Position numbers and translations under genes: made by a program. DNA of 56,857 nucleotides, from assembly GCA_963575745.1 (NCBI GenBank), contig CAUYUJ010000061.1:62001-118857 (forward strand), given 5' to 3'. A model generated the notes under the pieces. The model worked only from the letters and a program-made list of their open reading frames with translations, searched no databases and had not been told where the DNA came from. The DNA is from Prorocentrum cordatum. Taxonomy: Eukaryota. Position 1 is the first letter of the stretch. Each line of letters starts with the position of its first letter. Shown here one piece after another: positions 20,053 through 32,010 of the stretch.

Positions 20053-22947
20053 GTTACGGTATCAAGCACCTCATTGTGCAGGGGCGGATATCTGAGGACA
20101 GGGAGGAGTGGGTGGAGGAGATCAGAGCACATACCAGACAGAGATATACTTCGGAGGAGGTCAGAGGACGGGATATGGAGATGTTGGAGGAGTTGAGGAG
20201 GGATGCGCAACATAACCTATGTGACGGGTACTGCACTGAGGGACTGACAATGGCGGTGGTATGCCAGGCACGGTCACGTCTCAAGTCCAGGCGTGCCACT
20301 GGTCCCGACAGGCTGCCTTGTGAAATACTCAAGGCATTGCCGTGGGCGACTTTGCGTGGCGTAGCTCGGATGTTTGATGAGATATTTCGCTTGACACGGC
20401 AGTATCCGCAGGACTGGAGGCAGATTTTGATCGCCTTCATGCCCAAGCTGCCGAGCTTGACATCACTGACAGATGCACGGTACCTCTGTCTGCAAAACAG
20501 TCTCAGCCGTTGGTATTCTGCTTGTGTGGTGATCCTGGTGGAACAATTTGTGTTTCGGGCTGGCCTCGTGGGACCCTTGGGAATCTATGGCTTCCAGGAG
20601 GGACGTAAGACGGTGGAAATTGTGGGGGCCCTCAAGGCTCTGGCTCAACATGGGGACATCTGGGGAAAGGATCAGACGGTCCATATCGCTAACGCCGACA
20701 TCAAACAAGCGTTCGACCATTGCAGCCTTCAAAACGCCAAGCGAGCTATGGGCCATGCCAATATTCCTGCCTATCTCCAGTATGCTTTGCTTGCACCGCT
20801 GGTTTGCACTACGGGGTCGTTAGTTGTCGAGGGTATGGCCATTCACGACATCAACTGGGACGTCTGTATACGGACGGGCGGCCCTGAGGGGCCTCTTCTC
20901 TTTAACCTTATCATATGTGCCATGTGGGGACCTATATTTCGGGATTGGGACAGTAGAGGAGTGGGGTATGTGCTGGAGGGCGTCTGTGGAGAGTATGAGC
21001 GACGGACAGTCGTGAACCACTTTGTGTGGGCGGAGAACTGCTACCTTGTCTCTGCCTTCTCAACTGTGCTGGCTCAGATGATGCACGATCTAACCCTACC
21101 ACTACATGACTGGGGGATGAGATGGAAGGATAGCAGCCTGTTGTATATGACATGTGGGGAAAATGCGAGAGTGGATGGTGACGGACATATTCTTGCCAGT
21201 GAGGATTTGTGTATACCTGCGTGCTCGAGATATCAGGACTTTAGACTTCGACGGGTGTGCAGAATGAAAGTATTGGGTCATGAGATTTTCTCCACCTACC
21301 TAGTGCCCGCTCATCCTGATGTGGAATATCGCATCAAGGAGGCTCGTGCTTGTTTCATTGGTCAGTCGGATTTCTTTCGTAACAGAGCGGTAGCTGTTCG
21401 TGATAAGTTTTGTCGTTATCAAGACAAGGTGCAGAGTATGGCGTTTTATTGTATAGAGACATGTGCTGCTGATACTTCCTCGCTACACATGCTCAATGCC
21501 TTCGAGGGATGGTGTTTGTGCCGTATGTTTCGGCGGCCGAGGAGGGAGGGGGAGACTATGGCGGACTGGAACCGACGACGGTACCACGAGGCCAGAGAGC
21601 AATTTCGATCTTATGGATTTGCGAGTTTGGTGCAGCGATTTCTCCGTATGGTGTGGAACTCCGCTAAGGATGCTGCAGATTTCATTTCTGTATTGTGTAC
21701 TGCTTCACATGAGGAAATATCTTCGGCGCAACGTACGTGGAGAGATCACCACATGACGACGGTTGCATGCGGTCCACTGTGGGACAGGCTCAGGACGGAT
21801 GCGTCGGAATGCCTGCGGAGTATGTTTCACTTCGAGGAGGCTTCGCAGCTAAAAAGGAGACATGCTAGCTCAGGTCGAGCTATTGGCCAGAGATGCTGGC
21901 TATTTTCTTTCTGTGAATTCTACGGACTCAAATGGTGGGAGTCCTTTGTGCCGACAGATGCTGCGTATGTTCAGTTCTGCGAACGCATGTGTACACGGAC
22001 GATGCCGAGTTATTTTCGGAAAAGAAAAGGGTGCGGTACAACAGGTGGGGCCCTGCAGGAGGTACATACTATCACACAAAACGACCTACGCACTTATGGG
22101 GCTCAAGAGGGCACTGCGGCTCTCAACGACAAACTGGCCAAACGTATCGCGTTACAAGATATGAAGGAGGTTGAGTACGACCTCGACTCTTTTGGGATCC
22201 CTTTGTACATTTCTGGGGACAGTCTTCTGGTGGTGTCTTGGCTTCAGGGTGTCTGGAGGGTGCTTAGTCGTACATATCAGGATAGGATCAACAGAATGAT
22301 TAACCAACTTGACAACATGTGTCAGAGGTTTGGAATTAGGCCTGCCTGTCATGGGAGGGAATTTGTCGACCACACATATAGGGAATGGAACACGCGTGCA
22401 GATGTACTCACTCATACGGCCCGTGTCGGGCCACCAGTGATTCGAGATAGGATAGGGCTTTACGCCCCTCAGTTACAACAGGTGTTTCGCGTTTGTGCCA
22501 TCAGAGCTGGATTCGATGGTGGCGTCTTGCGACGGCGTAGGAGTCGGGTGCTGGATAGATGTTGGACGGATATCGAGGCTCTCAAGGCAGCCACTCAGCC
22601 ATGGGATTATATGGACGGAGGTGTATAGTGTGGCGTTCTCGATTGATCCAACTTCAACAGTGACTGATGCCGAGATCTCGGCCGTTGAGCATACGATTAT
22701 AATCTTGCCGCGGGTTGTACAAGCGTATTTCGGACAGGATATGATGTGATATTGATTGTGCTCACTCACGCCATGCCTTTGTTTGTCGTGTGTGTGTGTG
22801 CTTGACCTCTCATCCTCCTAATAAGAGTTGGCTTTCGCCTCTGATCGTTTGGATCGGTGAGGCTTCCGCCTACTCCCGATGCGCCCGCTCCTTGCTTCCG
22901 ACTAGGCTGGAAAGCCTGCACAGTCGACCGCAAAGTCCGCAAAAAAG
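20053..22947 (+). mobile_element. LINE-C: 5'-truncated non-LTR retrotransposon; 3' end at the hairpin loop
   Basis: It starts abruptly after host CAGCTACAGAGC (20052). It ends CCGCAAAGTCCGCAAAAAAG, followed by AAAGGTTGACGGTTTACCGCCGGCGCCCAGT (to 22978). Confidence 0.88.
20055..22749 (+). pseudogene. LINE-C ORF2 fragment (RT + permuted RNase H; APE missing; frameshift near 22527)
   Basis: RT motifs: RATGPDRL, YGFQEGR, DIKQAFDH, RTGGPEGPLLF, WAEN (21027-21038). RNase H motifs: SGDS, REWNTRAD, GFDGG. Homology then continues in another frame (CDGVGVGCWID...TDAEISAV, ORF 22495-22749). Confidence 0.85.
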
Positions 22948-25900
22948 AAAGGTTGACGGTTTACCGCCGGCGCCCAGTAATTCCGGGGCGCTGGAGAGCT
23001 AGTTGGCAAGAAAAATCTCGACGGACCTTTTGGTGACTTTTGGTCGGTTGAAAATTTTGTTCTCGAAATTCAACCATTCGTTAGAGCTCTAGTATTTTTT
23101 CCCGTGATATTCGATCTTATTCCCGCTCGCCATCTTGATCTCAGCTCGATCGGGTACCTTTTACTGTCAAAAAGCACTGCGGCGGGATCGGCCGTTTCGA
23201 GTCATTTTGATACGCGCTGTCGGTATATTGGACTTAACTCGAGATATAGGACAGCTACAGAGCTGGTCAGCACACCTTATCGATCCAAAATGATCAGGCG
23301 CGTTCGTCTGTTGCATCGAGAGGTCTGAACTCGGTCTGCTAGCCGAGCTAGATCCGCAAACCTATTCGTATTATTCGAGTCATCTTGATAGGCGCTCTCG
23401 GTTTTCTGTACTTAACTCGAGCTATAGGACAGCTACAGAGCTCATACTTACAGAAACCGATTCAGAATCATCAGTGGTGATTTTCTGTTGAATCGAGAGC
23501 TCTGAACTCGTTCTGCTGCCCGATCTAGAATCGCGAAACTGCTTGTATTGTTCGAGTCATCTGGAGAGGTGCTGTCGGTTTTCTGGACTTAACTCGGGCT
23601 GTAGGGGGGGCTACAGTGCTGGTGGTGACAGCAATCGATTTGGAGATATCAGGCGCGTTCGCCTGTGGAATCCAGAGCTCGGAACTCGGTCTGCTGCCCA
23701 AACTAGGTCCGTTCGTATTGTTCGAGTCATCCTGAAAGATGCTGTCGGCTTTCTCCACTTAACTCGGGCTGTAGGGGGGCTGCAGGGCTGGTAATCACAG
23801 GAATCGATTCGGAGACATCAGACGCGTCCGCCTGTCGCATTCAGAGGTCTGAACTCGGTCTTATACTCGAGCTGGGTTTGCCAAACTATTCGTTTTGTTC
23901 GAGTCATCTTGGGAGGTGCTTTCGATTAACGCACGTACCTCGGGCTGTAGGAGAGCTACAGAGCTCGTGCAGAAGAGAATCCAGAAGCATGGGGGCGTTC
24001 GGCTGTTGCATCGAGAGGTTTGAAACCGCTTGGGCTGAAAAACCATTCGTTCTCTGCAATTTGTTTTTCGACATTATATGTTGTCAGGAAGCTCTACGAG
24101 TCCCCCGGCGGTAGGAAAGGTTGACGGTTTACCGCCGGCGCCCAGTTGGCCCACCCGGCTGGGGCGGACAAATTTATGACTTTTGGTCGGTTTTGCGGGA
24201 ATTTGAAAGATATTTAACCATTTATTTTGAGAAAACAGATTTTTGCGCGTCGCATTGGCATATAAATTCCTCTCTGACAGCAGCTCAGCTCTCCCGATGC
24301 ATTTTAGTATGAGTTGACTTCCGGGAACTGAGCGAATATGAACATCGAAAAAATCGTAAATGAAGTTTTTGGAAATTTTTTTTTTTATGATTCTACTTCG
24401 ATTCTCAGCACTCTTACCAGTCTAAGGAGCTCTACGAGATTCGCGGCGGTGACCAGGTTGACGTTTCACCGCCGGCGCCAGTTTCACTTTAGGCAAAATT
24501 TTGAAATTCGTTTTGAGAACCGGTATTTTGCTCACGTGTAGTACGTTATGCCGCGATTGCTAGTTAAATTCTCAGGTCCATAGCTGTAATATTACCATCA
24601 AAAGACTTGAGGGAACCGTCGCGGGTTTGAGACATCTCGACACCAAAAATATGGATTTTCGAACAATCTCAAAAAATTCACTCTACTTCGATTCACTCTA
24701 CCAGTGTGAGGAGCTCTACGAGGTTCCCGGCGGTCACTAGGTTGACGGTTCACCGCCGGCGCCAGTGGGAACTTTGCGTCGGTTTGGCAAAAATTCTGCG
24801 AGATTTGAAAATTCGTTTTGAGAACCGGTATTTTTCGCACCTGTAGTGGGTCATGCGGCGTCTGCCAGTGAAATTCCCAGGTTCGTAGCTGCATTATTAC
24901 TATCAAAACACTTGCAGGAACCGACTTTGGATGAAAACCGAAAATGTTGTTGTTTCGAGTTTTTCAGCTCTCGCCTGAGAAAGCTCCCTCCATGTGTTCT
25001 GAGCACCTCTGCGCGAGAGAATGAGCTCTACGAGGCTCCAGGCGGTAACCTGGTTGACGGTTTACCGCTGGCGCTATTGTTTTAGAGATGATGAGTCTTC
25101 TTTTAACTTCACTCGGGCTGCGGATGAGCTAGAGAGCTGTTCGGCACAGCAATGTGAAGGCAATATTCAGGCGCGCTATTTCAAAGTATGTAGAGGCTTG
25201 AAATCAGTCTACTATGGCCGAACAGCGATTCGTACTCTGTATTTTTTTTCGAGATGGTCCCGGCGGTGACGAGGTTGACGGTTCACCGCCGGCGCCAGTT
25301 GGCCGACCGTGAATGTCCGAAAATATTAATGATCACGCGCGATTGACGATAGTGGTAAGCAATCTGTGTTCCTGAACGTGTAAGAGGTTATAGCGCGTTG
25401 GCCTGTCGAATTCTGAGGTTTTAAGTGCGATATAAGTAAAATCGAAAGAATGATGTCGTATTACAAAACATTTTTTATATTTATGTCAAGCTAATATTTA
25501 CTTGAGATTCATCCTCAGCTCCGAGCACTATTTCGTGATTTCAGAGCTCTACGAGGGTCCTGGCGGTCACCTGGTTGACGGTTTACCGCCGGCTCCCAGT
25601 CGATGAGCTAGATGAATTCTGGCGCAGAGTGTCGACCCGGCCAGAACGGACAATGTGACATCTTTGGGTCGGTTTTGCTAAAATTTGAAAACTTCTGAGA
25701 AAGCAGAGGTCTTGCACCTGTAGTGGGTTATGCCGCGTCTGCCTGTGCAATTTTTAGGTCCGTAGCTGCAATATTATTATCAAAACACTTAGGCGGGACG
25801 GAGTTTTGACAACAAACAGAAAAACGTAATTTCTCGAGTCTATGAACTCATGTAGGAGAAAGCTTCTCCCATGTGTTCCGAGCAGCGCCGCGCGAAGAAA

Positions 25901-26237
25901 GAGCTCTACAAGGCTTCCGGCGGTGACCTGATTGACGGCTTACCGCCGGATCCCAGTGAGAAAGATATTTGTCAATTCATCTTCACAAAGCAGATTTTAC
26001 GCTGAGCATGTGCATATAAGCTTTGTTCTCAGAGCAGCTCAGCTCTTCCGAGGGATTTTACTATCGGTTGACTTCCAGGAACCGGCCTCATATTGACATC
26101 AAGAATGGAAAAGTGAAGATTTTAAGAACATCTTCTGCGCAGTTGTCTGCTTAGTTTCTGAGCAGTCTTATACGTGCCAAGAGCTCTACGAGTTTCCAGG
26201 CGGAGACCAGGTGGACGGTTCACCGCCGGCGCCAGTT

Positions 26238-29200
26238 GTCTGAGAGAGTTGACGTTCAGTGATCATAAGCTGTTGCAGTTGTGGCTACCAGATTGTTATT
26301 CGCAGTTCCCTCCTAGGAACATGGCGCGCTTGACGGCGTGGCGGATGAATCTAAGTACCGAGATCGTGCAGAGGGGGTGTTTCGAGCAGTCCGTGATGAC
26401 GTATAACCGCTATGCGGAACTCTCTGAGGACCTAGATGAGAACCCCTTCGAAATCTAAGCAAGGCCGCCATCGTCGACGGTGCCCATCAGACCTTGGACA
26501 GCCCCAGCGAGTCCCAGAAGATTTGCCCTGTCGGAGGAGCAGTTCAGGGTTAAGGATGAGCACTACCAGATCAGGAAGCTGTATAAGAGGGGGGAGGTGA
26601 AAAGGGATACCTACATGATCAGTATGAGGAAGTGGAAAAGAGTGCGTAGAGATATAGCCTGCGCGCGTCTGGAGTTCTAGAACCACGAGGGGGTCAAGAG
26701 GAAGCCCGACACCAGGCATATGCTTATCGAGGGTGAGATGACTCAGAATGTGAGTAGGTGGGAGAAGGCGCTTCGGAAACAGTCTGGATCGATATTCGAT
26801 TGTTCGCCATCGGGAGGAGACTGAAACATGCCTTGGAAAGTTGCGCAGTCTTTGCCGAGATCACAATCGACACTGCCCGATCGACATGGGCTCCTTCTCC
26901 AGGCGCGTGCACGGTTGAGGCAAGGACGGGCTGCAGGCTCGGACGGTCTACCGGCGTCTGTTCTCAAAGCTCTGCCGTGGGATGCCCTGCGGCAGATCTT
27001 ACATTCCTTGCAATGCTGGTTCAGGCGTGAGATCGTTACCCCACAGTCATGGCGACATAGTCTTGTGAGCATCATGCTTAAAAGGACGAAGGCGAGAAGT
27101 TTCGACGAAACGAAAGCTTTGTCAATGTTAGCTGTTTTGAGCAAGTGCTTCAGTTGTTGTTTAACGATCTTGACTGAAAGCCGCCTCAGAACGGTTGCAC
27201 CCGACGGGTGCCAACTATAGAACCAGACGTTGTATATGCACTCCTTCGAGGGTTACGCCAATAATGCTGCTACTATATCATTCCAACAGTGCGCAGTTGA
27301 AGGTATCCACTGGGACACCTGTATTCGGACGGGCAGCATGGAAGCTCCAGCTCTCTGGTTTGCAACATCTTTGTGCATGCTCAAACCTGCTGTGCAACGG
27401 TGGGAGGAGAGGAGATGCGGTATTGTTCTCAGTGAGGAAGGAGGGATACTTGTGAATAATATGCTGTGGTTGGACAATGTTGCGCGCGAAGCCGAGTCGC
27501 GGACGGAGTTGATTGATGTGTTGGAGACACTCACGGTAGATATCGCGAAGCACGGGCTTCGCTGGAAACTGAGTTCGATGGAGTACCTTGCGTGCGGAGA
27601 GAGAGATGACACGACGAAGCCGTTGGGGATGCCGTCGTTGACGTTTGAGGTACCACAGGTAACGAAATCAAATATCTGGGGAACGTGGCTTGACATCGGC
27701 TTTGCTGAAGATGATACCATTAAGTATCGATTGTGTGAGGCAAAGACAAGTTTGACAAGTTTGCTGTTTGACAGATCCTTCTATGTGAGCCCATTCATTC
27801 GATTAACGCAGAAGTTTCAAACATATGCTAGCACAGTGTTCAGTCGCGTTTTGTACGGCATCGTATGTGTAACGCGTGATGCACATACGCTGTTGATGAG
27901 TTATGTGGAGGAGGGGGTACTTCTATCGGCAATGCGTCGTCGACAGAAGAGGCCCGCTGAGGACTGGGCTGAACATTGGAGAGCCCAATTTCGACATGCA
28001 CGTTCGTTACTGGTTTGTCCCTGCCGCTCTTCGCTGGTGCAACTTACTTTATATAAGCAGTGGTGTTTCGAAACAAAAACATACTATATGCACGGTGTGC
28101 GATGTTGACGAGGTGACTGGGGTGGTGGGCAAGGGGACTTTGACGGACCCTGAGGTGAGGAACATGGATGTCTCATGCGGCACTCCGTTATCAGTGCACC
28201 CCCCTTCATCCTAACCGCCTTGAGACGAGTCGGTCAAACCGACGTCGTGCGATTACCAGAATGAGGAGACGTGCTGTGGGCCTACCTGACTCCCCTGAGT
28301 CCAGTGCTTCTTGCTCCGAAACGCGCGCGTTGTCAGCTTCTTCGGGGCAGGCCTTTTGCTTCTATGCAGAGCTGCCTGTGTATGTTGCATGCGTCTGGTC
28401 TTTGGACGGAGCGCTTGGGCGAATTCTGCAGATCCTTGGGTTCCCGCAAGGCCAGGGCCATTACAAGGGCCCGCTGTGGGGGAACTACAATGGGGTTAAC
28501 GCAGTGGAGGTCACTCTTCGAACTCACCAAGGGGCCCCTGCGGACTCAGGATATGATCTGGACTGCAATTGGTTGGAACGATTGCTTAGATAGTACCTCG
28601 AGAGAGCTCCAGTTAGGCCATGTCTTGGATCACTGTCTTATACGTGATCATTTTTCGGGAAGGTATCGCGGGGAGGTGGATGAGGAGGAGATGACGGAGG
28701 ACCAGCTGCAAAATAATCTGGATAGACAAACGAGAAGTCTGGCCGCTCTGAATGAAGACGAGACTCGCTGGCGACTCAACCCTGATGGCATCTGCTTGGA
28801 GATGAGACGTGACGACCAGATTGTGGTCAGATGGCTAAATGGAAAATATCGTTGCCACAATGAGATAGATGCGCACCACCAAGAGCATGCAAAGCTGCCT
28901 TCAGGATATGAGCAAACAGATTAATATTTTGAGTCCTGAATTGGGAAGGGATATTTGGAAGTGGGGGTATCGGGAGGGGGACGAGGAGGCAGACACTGAA
29001 ACACACATTGCCCGTGAAGGAGGTATGACTTCTGAGATACGGTGGGATCATAGTTTTCTTGACTCATCGAGCTCGATGTGTGCACGTGCTGTGAGAGGCT
29101 GTTTTGATGGCGGTAGGTGTGATGTAGGTGTCTCATGTGGCTGGGTGATTGATTTTGATTGTTTTCGCTACTCCTTCCTCCTTCTCCCCCCCCTAGACTC

Positions 29201-29403
29201 CAGGACTGTCGGTGGCAGAATGGCGTCGGCCGCCGCGCGTTTATGATCCCGTCTCATTGTGCAATCACGCAGGCTGGCTTAGCATCCGCTGAAAGTCTTC
29301 TTAGGGGTATCTCAGAGCTTGCTTCTCGGATTAGATTCGGAGTCGCTACTCTCAGTAGTTCTGCCTCCGTGGAGGCTCGAACCTACGCCGCAGAACCGCG
29401 GGG
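26238..29403 (+). pseudogene. LINE-D: decayed, 5'-truncated non-LTR retrotransposon of the same group, flanked by hairpin-motif copies
   Basis: Fragments occur in several frames: FSDHKLL (end of APE), RAAGSDGLP, RTGSMEAPALW, WLDN (27467-27478), VRWLNGKYRCHN, YREGDEEAD, CFDGG. The D..AFD block appears deleted near 27220. A degenerate motif is present on both sides (26207-26237, 29404-29436). Confidence 0.82.
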
Positions 29404-29436
29404 CCAAGGTTGACGGCGTACCGCCAGCTCCCAGTT

Positions 29437-32010
29437 ACCTACTACAGGTGCGAGGAATCTTCATCCTGAAACGGATGAGACATTCCTCATGATTTCCAGG
29501 AAACCTTTATTCTCTCAAAACAAGATATTGTGGAGGTCAGTTTCGCGAAGCGAGTCGATAGAAATTTGCAGCTCCAGCCCTGAGACTTTTTCCAGCGAGC
29601 GTAGCGTAATCCCATGCTCGGCTCAAAAATCTGGACATGTAAAATGACTTGACAAATCCCTCACAATGTTCGGAAAACCGAGCCCGCGTCATCACATTGT
29701 GCATTTTGGCCCGATCGGCAAACTAGCTCCACCCTGCTACGGAATTTCTCTAGCTCTGGCCGAACCGGAGCTCCACGATGTATAAAATATGTATACGAGG
29801 TTTTGTTTCTTAAAGACTGTGAGATTTTTGATTATTCATTCTGAGAATCAAGCGGCTTCGCATATGAAGTTGGTGTTTTCGCACTCGCTGGTGCAATCTT
29901 CAGGTCTTTAGCTGCCGCATGAATCTTTCTTGAAATATTGGGCCGGGCCAGAAGCGGTAATGTGGTAACTTGCGCTCGTTCCTTTGAGCATGCCTCGTAT
30001 AGCTCGTCGGCTAGATGAGCTCAGAGGAATCAGGCGGCGGGCTGGAGCTAGTTGGCCGGCTTGACCAGAACAGACAATGAGATTATTGTTGTTTTTCCCC
30101 CCTTTCTCTCTCCGAAGGTGGTAAGATATTCGACGACTTGTTCTAAAACCCCAGATATTTCTACTGAGCACTGGATTGCGTTGTGTTCGCTCGTGCAAGT
30201 GTCACGGCTCTAGCGTCAACATTTCCATCGAGTTACTCCCAGGATCCAACCGTGAGAACTCTTATTTTTCAGACCCCGAAGTTTTGGCCAGCCACGGAGA
30301 TTCAACGTGCACGGAGAGCCCCAGTAGCATCGGAAGCTACAGTCCAGTTGATCGCGACGTCTGGAATTTGGATGCTACTCGAGATATGGCCGAGCAAATA
30401 TTCACACTCTGGAACTCGTTCGTGTAAGTGTTCAGTCTTTCGACCTCATCTCGACATTCAGAGCAGCTACGGGGGCTTCATGTAGACGAACAGGTTCAGA
30501 AGCATCAGCAGTTTCTGTATGGATGGTCAAACAGCCTAAGAGTCGGCTTCGTTCTCGAGTTATATCAGGAAAAATAGCACACAATACAATGTTTGGGGCA
30601 AATGCTTGAAGCAGCTTCACAGCTTCAGTGTGCACTGATAGCTTTAGCAAAATCGGAAGCATCAGTCTAGAGAATCGGGGCGTCTGCGATCGGTTTGAGA
30701 CGACGGTCCAGCAGCGTCAAACGCGAGCGTTAACATAGTTGCGAAAGAATCAGAGCGGTGCGCTTCTCGAGGTATATTCGAAGAACTGTTCAGACTCTGC
30801 ATTTTTTCTGGGCACGTCCTTGGTTTCGCAACTTGCTCGAGGCTCGGAGCAGCTACATTCGTGTGTGTGTGTGCCAGCTCGCGCTCGCGCAATCCAACAG
30901 CATCGATTCCGATTCACAGCAGAGGTCTCATGTGAACAAATATATGCAGCAGTATCAGAAGTCCTTTCCCATATGCTCCGAAAGCCTATAACTTTTTCCC
31001 GTTCTTCTCGAGTTAGGTTCGGCTGCTGCGCGGCTGCGGCTGCGCGGCTGCGGCCGCGGCTGCGGAGCTCTACCGGCGCCCAGTTGAAGAGTCTGAACAG
31101 TTTTTTCGAAGATGCCTCGAGAAGCAAACCGTGCACAGTGTTTGTTACCATGTGAACGCTACCGTCCGATGCTGCTGAACCTCTCTGTCCACATTTCACC
31201 TCTCTAGATGCTCGAAAAATTGAGGTCGGCAAAAAGCCAAACACTTGCCAAACACTTACAGCTGCGAGTCGTTTTTCGACCATAGGTCGAGTAGCAAACC
31301 GATCCGCATGTGCCCCGATGATTTGAACTGATACTTCGATGTTGCTGAAGATCGGTGCACATGAAGCCTCTGTAGGTGCTCCAAAAAGTCACATTTGGTC
31401 CAACAAGTGTTATTGTGTAGACAGTTTTTTCTAGACATAGATCGATAATCAAGCCGATCTGAGGCTGTCAGACGATGCGAACAGAAGCGCTTGATGCTTA
31501 TTAACCCTTTTGTCTACAAACCTCTATAGCGAATGTCGATGTGAAGTCGAAAGGCTGAGCACTTGCACCAACGAGTTGCAGAGTGTGCATAGTTTTCTGG
31601 CCGTTGCTCGAGTAGCAGACTTATTCCTGGCGTTTCGATTCTTGAGACTGAAGCTTCGGATGCTGCTGGAGCTCTGTGTGCACATGTAGCTGGCCGAAAT
31701 CTCCAGTTAAGTTGACAGATTTAGATTTTCTGCATAATCGTATTTTCGTGAAGATTAGTTCTGGGATGGTAGAAATATTGCAGTTACAGCCCTGACGCAC
31801 TCAGAAATGACGCTCCAGCTTCAGACTTCTTCCAATTCCAGTCAGGACTAGCACTGCCGCTTGGAACCTCACGAGACTTCTTGATCGCCGCCGAACCGAT
31901 TTCTACGGTTACTCGGCGGCACCGGCCCCTAATACCTCGTAGAGCTCTTCGGCCAGATGAACTGAGAGGAATTCGATGGCAGGGTGGAGCTATTTGGCCG
32001 ATCGGGCCAG
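29437..32010. mobile_element. Older, degenerate remnants of the same Helentron-like families in mixed orientation
   Basis: 29437-29785 reads as the reverse complement of a family-B left portion (AACTAGCTCCACCCTGC..., GAGCTCCACGATGTA). A collapsed right end GAGCTCTAC-CGGCGCCCAGT lies at 31065-31084. A family-B left end ACCTCGTAGAGCTCTTCGG starts at 31934. Confidence 0.55.

Larger units (their letters stand above)
1..29436 (+). mobile_element. Nested, same-orientation cluster of non-autonomous Helentron/DINE-1-like (HINE-type) elements, interrupted by four LINEs
   Basis: About 20 right ends of the form (G/A)AGCTCTACGAG..CCGGCGGTRAC..GGTTGACGGTTYACCGCCGGCGCC(C)AGT end at e.g. 6056, 7724, 8291, 8629, 14272, 15329, 16462, 16907, 17359, 18471, 19581, 22978, 24146, 24482, 24766, 25299, 25600, 25957, 26236 and 29435. 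Left ends carry the inverse sequence ACTCGTAGAGCT. There is no Rep/helicase ORF. The Helentron class is inferred from architecture only. Confidence 0.75.

Noticed and set aside
6023..26236. CRISPR-like array (recurrent palindromic ~35-bp repeat)
   Set aside because: Spacing is 0.2-1.7 kb between LINEs and irregular. The intervening sequences are homologous to each other, there are no cas genes and the context is eukaryotic. The repeat is a transposon terminus.
1..32010. Autonomous Helitron/Helentron transposase
   Set aside because: No ORF with HUH/Y2 or PIF1 helicase motifs was seen. The short ORFs over the elements are recurring translations of the repeat.
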